A stretch of 64,000 bases of DNA from assembly GCA_003153375.1 (NCBI GenBank), contig PLYM01000194.1:20879-84878 (forward strand). The letters run 5' to 3'. The position numbers and the translations under genes are program-made. The notes beneath the pieces were generated by a model. It was not told the DNA's origin. It ran no database searches and saw only the letters and a program-made list of their open reading frames with translations. This DNA is from Planctomycetaceae bacterium (lineage in GTDB: Bacteria > Planctomycetota > Planctomycetia > Pirellulales > PALSA-1355). Shown here one piece after another: positions 1-10,152 of this stretch; the stretch's first letter is position 1; the number at the start of each line of letters is the position of its first letter.

Positions 1-633
1 GACCGTTTTGACATGAGCGCCTATGAAATGGTCGCAGGCGCGGCGGCCCGCAAGGCGTTCGACCTGAGCGCCGAGGATCCCAAGAACCGCGACCGCTATG
101 GCCGCACCTCCTGGGGCCAGAGCACGCTGTTGGCCCGCCGGCTGGTCGAAGCTGGCAGCACCTGGGTCACCGTCCACATGGGCGGCTGGGACCACCACTG
201 GAATTTGAAGGCCGGCTATGAGAACTACCTGCCGCAGGTTGATATGCTCGTCTCGGCCCTGTTCACCGACCTGGCCGAGCGCGGCCTGAGCGACAAGGTG
301 TTGGTCATGCTCTGCGGCGAGTTCAGCCGCACGCCGCGGATGAACAACGGCGGCAACGGCGGCCCCGCCGGCAGCATGGGCACGCCCGGCCGCGACCACT
401 GGGGCAACGCCATGTTCTGCCTGATGGGCGGCGGCGGCATCAAAGGCGGCCGCATCGTCGGCTCGACCAACAGCCGCGGCGAAGTGCCCAAAGACCGCCC
501 GCTGGAATGCTGCGACATCCACGCCACGGTCTATCACGCCCTCGGCGTCGACCCCAAAATCAACTTCCTCGACCACTCCGGCCGCCCCGTGCCGGCCATC
601 GATCGTGGGGAAGTGATTTCGGAGTTGCTGTAG
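1..633 (+). CDS. DUF1501 family protein (sulfatase-like fold), C-terminal part; 5' end outside the window
   Basis: The frame is open from nt 1. The C-terminal block 'GRDHWGNAMFCLMGGGGIKGGRIVGSTN...' is typical of DUF1501 proteins abundant in Planctomycetota. Confidence 0.8.
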   Translation, partial: DRFDMSAYEMVAGAAARKAFDLSAEDPKNRDRYGRTSWGQSTLLARRLVEAGSTWVTVHMGGWDHHWNLKAGYENYLPQVDMLVSALFTDLAERGLSDKVLVMLCGEFSRTPRMNNGGNGGPAGSMGTPGRDHWGNAMFCLMGGGGIKGGRIVGSTNSRGEVPKDRPLECCDIHATVYHALGVDPKINFLDHSGRPVPAIDRGEVISELL

Positions 634-736
634 GCATTTGCGGTTCGGTCGGGGAGGAGAGCGGACACTGGCCGCGATGCTGTGCGTCGCTGTTTCCTTC
701 CAATAAGCTTCTCATAATCGCCGCGCACGTTTCTTT

Positions 737-1699
737 TTATCGCAGAAATCCGTCGCGAACATTTTCACGATCAACGTGACACGCTTCGGCACTAAACGAC
801 GGTGGGTATTCATCCCACCCGATATGGATGTGCGCAATCCCTCCTGCCCCGTTTCTCATGCGCCACATCCTCGGCCGATACCAGTATTGCGACCTCTCGC
901 GCGGACGCTCCATGAAAAGATCCAGGTCTAAACCGTAAATACAAAACGAAATACCTAAGAGTCGCGCACCGTCCCGAGCATCAAGCAACGCCGATCCAAT
1001 CGCAGGGAGGGTTCCCGGTGGACCGCCGACAATTGCAGCGGTCATTATTCCTTCTGCGAACCGGCCGCGCGCAACTCGCGGTGTGTAGACTCCAGCTCCG
1101 TTTGGCAGCGGATCGCCAGAGAAAAGTGTTCCGAGCCATGACTTTGGAACTCGCCATGGTCTGGACGCATAAACACGAGAGACGGGCTTATTGTACGCGA
1201 CTGTGCAGAGAACCTTAAGCATCCATCGTTCAACGTCGAAACCATTGAAGAGCACGTGTGTGTCTTCGGGCACATTGTCAATCTGATGCTTGATCTGAGA
1301 CCGCATCGCACCGACGAACCTCCTTCCAACTTGATCCAACGGCGAAAGGGCACTGTTGTGGCGTTGACACAGTACCTTCCGTCCTGCGGCAGAGGGCGCA
1401 ACTGTGCGCGTTGAGCCATCACTAAGCGTTCGGATAATCGGAGTCCCTGCGAAATCTCTATTGATTGCATTCGCAATTGCGTGGTCTGCGGATAGCGGTG
1501 GAAGGCAATTAAAAGTTGGATTTGCGTAGCATTTTTTTACGCGTATTCCCGTGATGACTCCGTGTGGATGGACATCGACCGCGGGTGGGACAAAGTTGCG
1601 ACTCTTGCAGCGACAGGCCGCGACGGTCTTGCCGCTGGCGCATGGACAAAACTCGTCGTCTAGAAACACGAGCGTTTTCGAGTCCTTCGGCCCGTCCAT
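737..1699 (-). CDS. hypothetical protein with N-terminal SEC-C-like Cys motif
   Basis: Taken from the 387-aa ORF, starting at the internal ATG (MDGPKDSKTLVFLDDEF...). 'CPCASGKTVAACRC' matches the SEC-C pattern C-P-C-x-S-G-K-x5-C-x-C. The rest has no family I recognise. It looks more AT-rich than its neighbours. Confidence 0.5.
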   Translation of the reverse strand: MDGPKDSKTLVFLDDEFCPCASGKTVAACRCKSRNFVPPAVDVHPHGVITGIRVKKCYANPTFNCLPPLSADHAIANAINRDFAGTPIIRTLSDGSTRTVAPSAAGRKVLCQRHNSALSPLDQVGRRFVGAMRSQIKHQIDNVPEDTHVLFNGFDVERWMLKVLCTVAYNKPVSRVYASRPWRVPKSWLGTLFSGDPLPNGAGVYTPRVARGRFAEGIMTAAIVGGPPGTLPAIGSALLDARDGARLLGISFCIYGLDLDLFMERPRERSQYWYRPRMWRMRNGAGGIAHIHIGWDEYPPSFSAEACHVDRENVRDGFLR

Positions 1700-1969
1700 G
1701 TCCGGTCCTCCGCGGGTCAATCGGCGATCCTCGGACAATGCTGAGGTGCCTGACACGATTCTAGGGTGTCGGACAAGGCCTGGAAAATGAACCCAACTTG
1801 CGACCCACGACCCGTTCAAATTCAACACACCAGGCCGCAATCTATCCGGGTGACCTCGCCGATCGGAGCCGTAACGACAATTGCGTTTGCCGATTTGCAA
1901 AGGCCTTTTCCCCAGTGTCTAATTGCCTTTAGCCATCAGTTTCGACCGTCATCCACGGAGGCGTTAGCC

Positions 1970-3004
1970 ATGTCGCTCCACCGCATTTGTCCCGATTGTG
2001 AGTCGAGCTCGGAGGTTTCGCGGCGCGATTTTCTCAAGACTGCGGGCGCTGCGGCGATCGCGGTGGGGGCCGCTCCGCTCGTGGCTCGCGCGGCCGCACC
2101 GATCGCCGCGGGCAGCTCGGCCGAGTCGGTGGCCAAGATCCTCTACGAATCGCTCAACGATGCCCAGAAGAAAGAGATCTGCTTCGCCTGGGATTTCACG
2201 GAGCCGAAGCGGGGGCTGCTGCGGACGCGGGTTTCGAATAACTGGCAAATCACCGAGCCGACGATCGGCAGCGATTTTTACAACAGCGACCAGCAGGCGA
2301 TGATCCGCCACATTTTCGAGAGCATCATCCAGCCCGACTGGCACAAACGCATCTACAAGCAACTCGAGGACGACGCCCAGGGCTATGGCGAGCACCAGAG
2401 CATCGCCCTGTTCGGCCAGCCGGGCGAGAAGTTCGAGCTGGTGATGACCGGCCGCCACATGACGATTCGCTGCGACGGCAACAGCGCCGAGCACGTCGCC
2501 TTCGCCGGCCCGATCTTCTACGGCCACGCCGCCAGCGGCTTCAACGAAAAGCCCAACCATCCCGGCAACGTCTTCTGGCACCAGGCCCTGGCCGCCAACA
2601 AGGTGTACGCCATGCTCGACGAAAAGCAGCGCAAGCAGGCACTGGTCGACAAGTTGCCGCGCGAAGAGGCCGTCGCCTTCCAGGGCCCCGCGGGCAAGTT
2701 CCCCGGCATGCCCGTCACCGAAATGTCGAGCGACCAGAAGGGCCTCGTGCAGGAAGTGCTGCAAAAGCTGATCGAGCCCTATCGCCAGAGCGACCGCGAC
2801 AAGGCCCTCTCGTGCCTCACGGCCCAAGGCGGTCTGGACAAGTGCTCGCTGGCCTTCTATCGCGAAGGCGACATCGGCGACGACCAGGTCTGGGACTGCT
2901 GGCGGCTCGAAGGCCCCTCGTTCGTCTGGTACTACCGCGGCGCCCCCCACGTCCACGTGTGGGTCAACATCGCGGATGATCCCAGCGTGAAGACGAACGC
3001 CTAA
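1970..3004 (+). CDS. Tat-signal secreted protein, DUF3500-like
   Basis: Start placed at the internal ATG (MSLHRICPDC...). A twin-arginine signal 'SRRDFLKTAGAAAIAVGAAPLVARA' follows. The upstream part of the ORF is Arg/Pro-rich and looks non-coding. Confidence 0.7.
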   Translation: MSLHRICPDCESSSEVSRRDFLKTAGAAAIAVGAAPLVARAAAPIAAGSSAESVAKILYESLNDAQKKEICFAWDFTEPKRGLLRTRVSNNWQITEPTIGSDFYNSDQQAMIRHIFESIIQPDWHKRIYKQLEDDAQGYGEHQSIALFGQPGEKFELVMTGRHMTIRCDGNSAEHVAFAGPIFYGHAASGFNEKPNHPGNVFWHQALAANKVYAMLDEKQRKQALVDKLPREEAVAFQGPAGKFPGMPVTEMSSDQKGLVQEVLQKLIEPYRQSDRDKALSCLTAQGGLDKCSLAFYREGDIGDDQVWDCWRLEGPSFVWYYRGAPHVHVWVNIADDPSVKTNA

Positions 3005-3073
3005 CGCTGCTGTTTTTTCGGACGGCTAAGCCGCCAGCGAGCTCGGTGACGCGGCGGAGTGCTCATTTTCTGG

Positions 3074-3104
3074 GTGCCACTGCTGGCTTGTCCAGCAGTG
3101 GCAC
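3074..3104. repeat. perfect palindromic hairpin (13-bp stem, 5-nt loop)
   Basis: gtgccactgctgg-cttgt-ccagcagtggcac, located 70 nt downstream of the DUF3500-like stop. Confidence 0.8.
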
Positions 3105-3121
3105 ACGGCGAGTTGCAAACC

Positions 3122-3153
3122 ACTAACCCGACGCGCCAGCGAGGGCTCTTCGT
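3122..3153. repeat. dispersed 32-nt intergenic repeat, copy 1
   Basis: actaacccgacgcgcCagcgagggctcttcgt recurs at 34147..34178 with one mismatch. Confidence 0.8.
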
Positions 3154-3255
3154 CGCGTTGCCCTCGCCTGCCCGACGCGGATGTCAAAAACGCCCCGCAG
3201 GGCGGATTCCCCGCGCCCGTGATAGGCCGTCGGCGCCGCCTGCTACAATACGGGA

Positions 3256-3666
3256 ATGGCGGATTGGCTTAAAAAACCACATCGACGTGTATTAATAGGC
3301 CTAATTGCCGGACCGCTGCTGTCGTGGCTGTTGATGGTCTCGCGAAATGCCCAAATCGACGCGGTTCACGCTCGGCGTGCGGCTGCCCAGTGCATCACCG
3401 CGAGCTTGGGCGAAGTTCACTACGACCGACACTTGGGCCTCTTCCCACCCAAGATCGAACGGGTTGGGAACGGTTGGCGAGCACCGTGGTTCTACCGACG
3501 ATCGCTCGGCGACCAATCCGTGTCGCATATTCTATTTCTCCGGCCGCGGCTGACGGACGAAGATGTGGAGGCAGCCAATCACTTTCCAGAAGCCGATATT
3601 TACACCTGGCCCGATCAGTGCGCTCATCGCGGCGAGCGCTGTTGCCCCTTTTGTGGCCCGCGTTGA
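3256..3666 (+). CDS. hypothetical small membrane protein
   Basis: 136-aa ORF with an N-terminal hydrophobic helix (VLIGLIAGPLLSWLLMV). No recognisable domain. Confidence 0.35.
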   Translation: MADWLKKPHRRVLIGLIAGPLLSWLLMVSRNAQIDAVHARRAAAQCITASLGEVHYDRHLGLFPPKIERVGNGWRAPWFYRRSLGDQSVSHILFLRPRLTDEDVEAANHFPEADIYTWPDQCAHRGERCCPFCGPR

Positions 3667-3711
3667 TCGCGGGAGTTTCAACCCGTGCGGTTTCGGATTC
3701 AAGTAACTTCG

Positions 3712-5148
3712 ATGCACACATTCCTGCTAGTCTCGATATGCATCCTGACGGCCTGGCTGCCAACCGCTCGCGCCGAGTCTCCTTCGCGCCCGGCTGCCCC
3801 GGTCGACCCGTCAACGCTGGCCGGGGCCGATTGGCCGCTGGAACGCGTGACGCTCAAGGACGGAAAGAGCTATCAGGGATTAATCGGGGCCGAGACCCCC
3901 TCGAGCGTCGACTTCATCGAAGTCCGCCGGCCCAAGGGCAAGAAGATGTTCCTGGCCATGCGGTGGTTCGATCCCAAGGCCATTGCCAGCTTCGAACGGC
4001 TCGACGCACTCGAACGCCAGGAGCTGCGCGCCAAGCTGGAGAAGTACAAGAACCGGGCCTTGGTCGAAGGCCGGCAGATGGAAGACCTGGTGGTGACGCC
4101 GGCGAAGCACGACGGCGTGCCCACCTGGGAATATGAAGGGCAGTTGTTTTCGCTCGAGAGCACGGCCGACGAGCCGATGACCCGGCGGCTGATCGTGCGG
4201 CTGGAGCAAATCTTCACCGCCTATCAGCAACTCTTTCCCCCGCGCTGGGTCACCTCGGGTCGCGTCCGCATTCGCATTTTCGGGGCCACCGATCAATACC
4301 GCGCGACGCTGAAGGACGCGGGCCTGGCGATCAAGAACCCGGCCGTGTTCCTGGTCGATCAGAACACGATTTTGGCCGGCAGCGAATTGAACCGTTTTGA
4401 CGCCGAGTTGGCGCAAATCAATCGCCACCATCTCGAGATCAAGCAGCAGCTCGATACGCTGATCGCCGAATTGCCCGCGCGGCTCAAGGAACTGGGCGAG
4501 ACGCTCAAGGAGAACAACGTGCCGGCTGGCGAGCGGCAAAAGATCGTCGCCGCCGAGCAGCGCAAGTGGGAAGACCAGCGCAAGAACGCGCGGCGCAAGA
4601 TTGCCGCGCTCGACCGCAAGAACGCGGCCCGTTTCGACGAGGTGGCCGGCCAGATGTTCACGCGGCTGGCGCACGAGGCCTTTCACGCCTATCTGGAAAT
4701 CCAAGTCTATCCGCGGCAAGTGTACGACGTGCCGCGCTGGCTGAACGAGGGCCTGGCGCAAACCTTCGAGACCGGCCAGCTCGAGGTCGACTCGCTGCGC
4801 ATCGACGCCCCCAATCTCACAGCGCTCGGGCTCTTGCAGAGCGACTTGCGCGGCGAGCGGCCGTTGGAACTGGCCGAATTGCTCAACGCCGGCAGCGAAA
4901 CGTTTCTCTCGGACCACGGCTCCGACCGGGCGACCCCTTCGCGCAGCTATTACTACTCGTGGGGCCTGGCCTATTACCTGGCCTTCGAACAGGGCGTGTT
5001 CGGCACCCCCCAGTTCGACGCCTATCTGAGCCCCGCCGCCGCCAGCCTGGGCAGCGTCGAGCGGTTCGAACGGCTGGTCGGCATGCCGCTGGCAGAGTTT
5101 CAAGCCCGCTGGCGCAAGGCCATGCTGGATCTCAAGCCCACACAGTAG
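3712..5148 (+). CDS. DUF1570-like secreted protein (putative MA-clan metallopeptidase-like)
   Basis: Signal peptide MHTFLLVSICILTAWLPTARA. 'HEAFHAY' followed by '...WLNEGLAQTFE' resembles an HExxH-plus-downstream-Glu arrangement. Confidence 0.7.
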   Translation: MHTFLLVSICILTAWLPTARAESPSRPAAPVDPSTLAGADWPLERVTLKDGKSYQGLIGAETPSSVDFIEVRRPKGKKMFLAMRWFDPKAIASFERLDALERQELRAKLEKYKNRALVEGRQMEDLVVTPAKHDGVPTWEYEGQLFSLESTADEPMTRRLIVRLEQIFTAYQQLFPPRWVTSGRVRIRIFGATDQYRATLKDAGLAIKNPAVFLVDQNTILAGSELNRFDAELAQINRHHLEIKQQLDTLIAELPARLKELGETLKENNVPAGERQKIVAAEQRKWEDQRKNARRKIAALDRKNAARFDEVAGQMFTRLAHEAFHAYLEIQVYPRQVYDVPRWLNEGLAQTFETGQLEVDSLRIDAPNLTALGLLQSDLRGERPLELAELLNAGSETFLSDHGSDRATPSRSYYYSWGLAYYLAFEQGVFGTPQFDAYLSPAAASLGSVERFERLVGMPLAEFQARWRKAMLDLKPTQ

Positions 5149-5180
5149 CGGCCGGTTGCAGGATTCGACGGCCTGTTCGC

Positions 5181-7862
5181 TCAGTCGTCGTCCGACATCG
5201 CCGCGATCGCTTCGTGCAGCCGGGCGCTGATCTGCTGCAAGCGATCGTCGTCCAGAATCTTCCGGCCTTGCGGATCGGTGACATAAAACACGTCCACGAC
5301 CTGGTCCAGGTAGGTGCCGATCTTGGCCACCGAGATCGACAACTCCATCTCGAACAGCGTGCGGGCGATCGTGAACAACAGCCCCTGCCGGTCGGAGGTG
5401 AAAATGTCGATGATCGTCAACCGATCCGAGGTGCTGTTGTCGATCCGCACCCGGGTGGGCAGCCGGGTCAGCGCCGCCCGTTCGCGGCTGGCGGCGCTGC
5501 GAAACACCTTGCGAAAGGCCGGGCTGCCGCCGCTGGGCGATTTGAGAGCCTGCACCAACGCATGGCTCACCTGGTCGAGCCGGTGCTGCGGCGGTTCCTC
5601 GATAAAGTCGGGGTCGCTCACGTAGAAGCGGTCGAGCACCAGCCCATCGGCCAGGGTATTGATTTCGGCCGAGAGGATCTGCAACCCTTGGCTCGCTAGC
5701 GCCCCGGCCAGTTTGTGGAACACGCCCGGCGTGATTTGCTCGTGCGTGCCCACGACATATTCGACGGTCCGGCTTTCGCTCAGATAGCGGCCCGAGGCGC
5801 GCACGTCGCCCAGCGACAGCGAGTGCAAATCGCGCAGCTCGGCCGCGATCCGCTCAGGCGCGGCGTTGACCACGTAGGCGTGCGGCATGGCTCGCACTTG
5901 AAGCTCGTACCATTCGGCGTCGGCCTCGCCGGCCAGGTGTTCTCGCACCGCGGCGCGGCGCACTTCGAGCCGCTCGGCCGAGTCGGCGGCCGGCGCGTCG
6001 CCCGCCAGTCGCTGCATGGTGCGGCTATAAAGATCGGCGACGACTTCCGCCTTCCAGTTGTCCCACACGCCCGGCCCCACCGAGGCGAAATCGGCCGCCG
6101 TGAGCACGAACAGCATGTCGAGCACTTCGGGCGAGCCCACGTCCACGGCAAACCGCACCACCAGCTGGTCGTCGCTCGTGTCGCGGCGAAACGCCAGGTG
6201 CGACATCACCAGGTGCTTGTGGACCAGGAACTTGAGGGTCTCCGCCTCGCGCGTGGGCAACCCCAGCCGCTGGGCGGTGTCGTCGGCGATTCGCAGCCCG
6301 ATTTCACTGTGGTCTTCGACATAGCCCTTGCCCAGGTCGTGAATCAACAGCGCCAGGTGCAAGATGCGTTTCTGCTTGATGCCGCGATAGACGCGACCGA
6401 CGATTCCGGGGTCGGAAAAGAACTGGGTCGCCCGTTCGACGGCCAGGATACAGTGCTCGTCGACGGTGTACTTGTGATATTCGTTGAATTGCAACAGGCA
6501 ACGGGCATGGGTGAAATCGGGCAGGATCTTTTCCAGCACGCCCAATTCGTGCAGCCGCCGCAACAATTCTCCCAAGCGAGCCGGTTGCGACAAAAGCGAG
6601 AGAAACTGCTTGGTGATCGCGGCGTTCGGCTCATTGGGAAAGTTCACCGCCGCGGCGCGAATGGCGTCCCACGTCGAGGCATCGATCCGCTTGTCGTGCA
6701 TGTTGGCCAGATCGCACAGCCTGAGCACCTCGCCCGGGTCGATTCGCAGTTTCGCCAGCGCTCGGTCCGTGGCGGCGATATGTTTCGAAGTAATGCGGTA
6801 GTTGCCGTCGATCTGATGGCTGAAGATCGAGCCCCAGACGCCTCGCCAGGTGCGGCTGGGCCGGGCCGTGGCGGCAAAATTGCTGACCACGCTCTGCACG
6901 GCGCTGGTGTGGCGAAAATAGGCGCGCATGAACTGCTCGACGGGCAGGATGCCGTCGGTGCCCTGATGGCCATAGAGCGGCGCCAGGCGCACTTGCTCGG
7001 AGCGGTCGAGCACGTCGTTCGACTTGCCGGCATGAAAGTGCAGCTCATTGCGCAAGCGGAGCAAAAATTCCGTCGCTTCTCGCAGGATGCGCAGATCCGA
7101 GGGGCTGATTCGGCCCATCTGCTGCAACACGTCAAAGTCGTTCGAGCCATAACGGGCAAAACCCAGCCAACGCAGCAGTTGCAGATCGCGCAGGCCGCCG
7201 CGCGTGCGCTTGATGTTGGGCTCCAGCAGATAGACGGTCTCGCCAAATTGCTGCCGCTCGCGGCGGCGCGCGCTTTCGATGGACTTGAGCAGCGTGCGGC
7301 GTCGGCCACGAACCTGGCGGTGGAATTTCTCGATGAAGCCAGTGTACAGATCCTCGTTGCCAGCCAGCCGGCGCGACTCCATCAACGAGGTACACACCGC
7401 CGCGTCTTCGGCGGCCAGGGTACACGCCTCGACGGGCGTGCGCACGCTTTGGCCCAGCTCGAGCCCCGCGTCGAACAGGTCGTGCAGCATCCGGCTGGCC
7501 AGGGCAAAGGCCTGCTTTTGCGCCGCGGGCGCATAGAGGATCATCAAGTCCACGTCCGAGTAAGGCGCCACGTCGCGGCGACCATATCCGCCATGGGCCA
7601 CCAGGGTGATCTGTGGTGTGCTGCTGCCGACGGCCCGTGGCCACAGGTCCTCGGTTGCGGCCTCGAACAAGAACAGCACGATCGCGTCGAGCAACTCGGT
7701 CAGCCGGGTCGATATTTGAATGCCGCCCGAGCCCGTGGCGTGCTGCTCCTTGATCTCCTGGCGACCAGCGATCAGTCTTTGGCGCGCGGCGAGCAGCGAT
7801 TCGCGAAAATGGGGGGCCGTGGGCATGACCGAAGAGTTCTGCGTCGGATTGATCGAGTTCAT
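5181..7862 (-). CDS. glnD: [protein-PII] uridylyltransferase / uridylyl-removing enzyme
   Basis: 893 aa. Nucleotidyltransferase motif 'GGYGRRDVAPYSDVDLMILY', HD domain 'LLIHDLGKG', and two ACT-like C-terminal segments. Lies immediately upstream of glnB. Confidence 0.9.
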   Translation of the reverse strand: MNSINPTQNSSVMPTAPHFRESLLAARQRLIAGRQEIKEQHATGSGGIQISTRLTELLDAIVLFLFEAATEDLWPRAVGSSTPQITLVAHGGYGRRDVAPYSDVDLMILYAPAAQKQAFALASRMLHDLFDAGLELGQSVRTPVEACTLAAEDAAVCTSLMESRRLAGNEDLYTGFIEKFHRQVRGRRRTLLKSIESARRRERQQFGETVYLLEPNIKRTRGGLRDLQLLRWLGFARYGSNDFDVLQQMGRISPSDLRILREATEFLLRLRNELHFHAGKSNDVLDRSEQVRLAPLYGHQGTDGILPVEQFMRAYFRHTSAVQSVVSNFAATARPSRTWRGVWGSIFSHQIDGNYRITSKHIAATDRALAKLRIDPGEVLRLCDLANMHDKRIDASTWDAIRAAAVNFPNEPNAAITKQFLSLLSQPARLGELLRRLHELGVLEKILPDFTHARCLLQFNEYHKYTVDEHCILAVERATQFFSDPGIVGRVYRGIKQKRILHLALLIHDLGKGYVEDHSEIGLRIADDTAQRLGLPTREAETLKFLVHKHLVMSHLAFRRDTSDDQLVVRFAVDVGSPEVLDMLFVLTAADFASVGPGVWDNWKAEVVADLYSRTMQRLAGDAPAADSAERLEVRRAAVREHLAGEADAEWYELQVRAMPHAYVVNAAPERIAAELRDLHSLSLGDVRASGRYLSESRTVEYVVGTHEQITPGVFHKLAGALASQGLQILSAEINTLADGLVLDRFYVSDPDFIEEPPQHRLDQVSHALVQALKSPSGGSPAFRKVFRSAASRERAALTRLPTRVRIDNSTSDRLTIIDIFTSDRQGLLFTIARTLFEMELSISVAKIGTYLDQVVDVFYVTDPQGRKILDDDRLQQISARLHEAIAAMSDDD

Positions 7863-7874
7863 GCCGTGGCGCCG

Positions 7875-8357
<483 letters not shown>

Positions 8358-8906
8358 TCAGGCCTTCTGCCAGGGCACGTCGCCGCTGCCGCCCAAGTGG
8401 TTGACCGCCCGCGCCAAGACAAATAGCAAATCGCTGAGCCGATTCAGGTAAATCAGCAGATCGTTGGCGATCGGTTCGGCCGACTCGTGCGTCAGCGTAA
8501 CCAGTCGCCGCTCGGCCCGGCGACAGACCGTGCGGGCCAGGTGCAGGGCGGCGCCGGCCGGCGTGCCACCGGGCAGGATGAATTGCTTGAGTGGCTCGAG
8601 CCCCGCTTCCCAATGGTCGATGGCCGCTTCGAGCGCGGCGATGTGCGCGGGGCCGATCAGGCTGGTTTGATGGGCCAACGGGTTCGGCGTGGCCAACTGG
8701 GCACCCAAATTGAACAGCTCGTTTTGAATGCGCGCCAGCAGCTCATCGATCGGCCCCGGGACGGCGTGGCTGCGAACCACGCCCAGCACGCTATTGAGCT
8801 CATCGACCGTGCCATAGGCTTCGATGCGCGGCGCATCCTTGGCCACGCGTGGCCCGCCGAACAGTCCCGTGTCGCCGCTGTCACCGGTCTTCGTGTAGAT
8901 TTTCAT
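8358..8906 (-). CDS. PduO-type ATP:cob(I)alamin adenosyltransferase
   Basis: 'MKIYTKTGDSGDTGLFGG...RIEAYGTVDELNSVLGV' is the typical N-terminus of this family. Confidence 0.9.
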   Translation of the reverse strand: MKIYTKTGDSGDTGLFGGPRVAKDAPRIEAYGTVDELNSVLGVVRSHAVPGPIDELLARIQNELFNLGAQLATPNPLAHQTSLIGPAHIAALEAAIDHWEAGLEPLKQFILPGGTPAGAALHLARTVCRRAERRLVTLTHESAEPIANDLLIYLNRLSDLLFVLARAVNHLGGSGDVPWQKA

Positions 8907-9066
8907 GGCGTTTTCAATGTCACGGTTGCGGTCCCAGGTCTGCAGGCGGTAGGCTGAATGAAGGCTGGCCCGACGGGCCGCGCGCGGCACCCTTCCAACA
9001 ACGCCCGCTCGTCATCCCCATTCCTCGCCGCTCACGCCAACCAAAAACCCCGGACTGACACTCCTC

Positions 9067-10098
9067 ATGAAATGCTTCGCACTCGCGTTGTTCGTTTTCC
9101 TGTTGCCGGTGGCCGTCTCGGCCGCCGACTCGATCGAAGGCCAGCATCTGGCCAACATCCGACAGGCCACCTCGGGCTTCGTCAAGGCCGGCGAGGGCTA
9201 CTTCTCGCCCGATGGTCGCACGATTATCTACCAGGCCGTGCCCCAGGGCTATCCATTCTATCAAATCTATAAACAACCGCTCGCCGGCGGCCCGCCGCAG
9301 TTGCTCTCCAGCGGCCGGGGCCGGACGACGTGCAGTTTTTTCTCGCCCGATGGCAAGCACATCATCTTTGCCTCCAGCCATCTCGATCCGCAGCTCTCGG
9401 AAACCGAGGAGAAGGAGCGCAAGCAGCAAGCCGACGATGCCAAGAGCGGGAAGCGACGTCGCTATCAATGGGACTTCGATCCGTATATGGAGATTTTCGA
9501 AGCCGACCTCGACGGCAAGCACCTCCGCCGCTTGACCGATGCCAAGGGCTATGACGCCGAAGGCTCCTACTCGCCCGACGGCAAGCTGATCGTGTTCTGC
9601 AGCGACCGCGATGGCGATCCCGATCTGTACGTGATGAACGCCGACGGGTCGGAGCTGCGGCAGTTGACCAATGTGCCCGGCTACGACGGCGGCCCGTTCG
9701 TCTCACCCAACGGCAAGTGGGTCGTCTATCGGAGCGATCGCAAGAAGTCGGAGATGTTGCAAATTCACGTGATCGGCATCGACGGCAAGAATGACACCGC
9801 GTTGACCGACAACATCGGCGTCAACTGGGCCCCCTACTGGCACCCCACCAAGCCCTACATCATTTGGACCGGCGCCGACCATTCCGATCCCAAGGCCCGG
9901 CCCAACTACGACCTGTGGCTGATGAAGTACGAAGAAAAAGACGGCAAGATCGTTCCCGGTCCCATCGAGCGGATCACCGACAATCCGGCCGCCGACGTGC
10001 TGCCGGTCTTTTCGCCCGACGGCAAGCAACTGATGTGGACCAGCAACCGCACGGACGATCACTCGAGCCAATTGTGGATCGCCGATTTCAAGGAGTAG
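9067..10098 (+). CDS. TolB-like / PD40 beta-propeller repeat protein
   Basis: Signal peptide followed by repeated 'FSPDGK / YSPDGK / VSPNGK' PD40 motifs. Confidence 0.8.
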   Translation: MKCFALALFVFLLPVAVSAADSIEGQHLANIRQATSGFVKAGEGYFSPDGRTIIYQAVPQGYPFYQIYKQPLAGGPPQLLSSGRGRTTCSFFSPDGKHIIFASSHLDPQLSETEEKERKQQADDAKSGKRRRYQWDFDPYMEIFEADLDGKHLRRLTDAKGYDAEGSYSPDGKLIVFCSDRDGDPDLYVMNADGSELRQLTNVPGYDGGPFVSPNGKWVVYRSDRKKSEMLQIHVIGIDGKNDTALTDNIGVNWAPYWHPTKPYIIWTGADHSDPKARPNYDLWLMKYEEKDGKIVPGPIERITDNPAADVLPVFSPDGKQLMWTSNRTDDHSSQLWIADFKE

Positions 10099-10152
10099 CG
10101 TTTTCAGCGATCGAGGACGGCCCGGGAAATCGGCCACTCCCAGCGCGATCGA

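Noticed and set aside
3059-3295. 78-aa ORF in the DUF3500 / 3256 intergenic region
   Set aside because: It is a translation of the hairpin and the dispersed 32-mer repeat, and is not likely coding.
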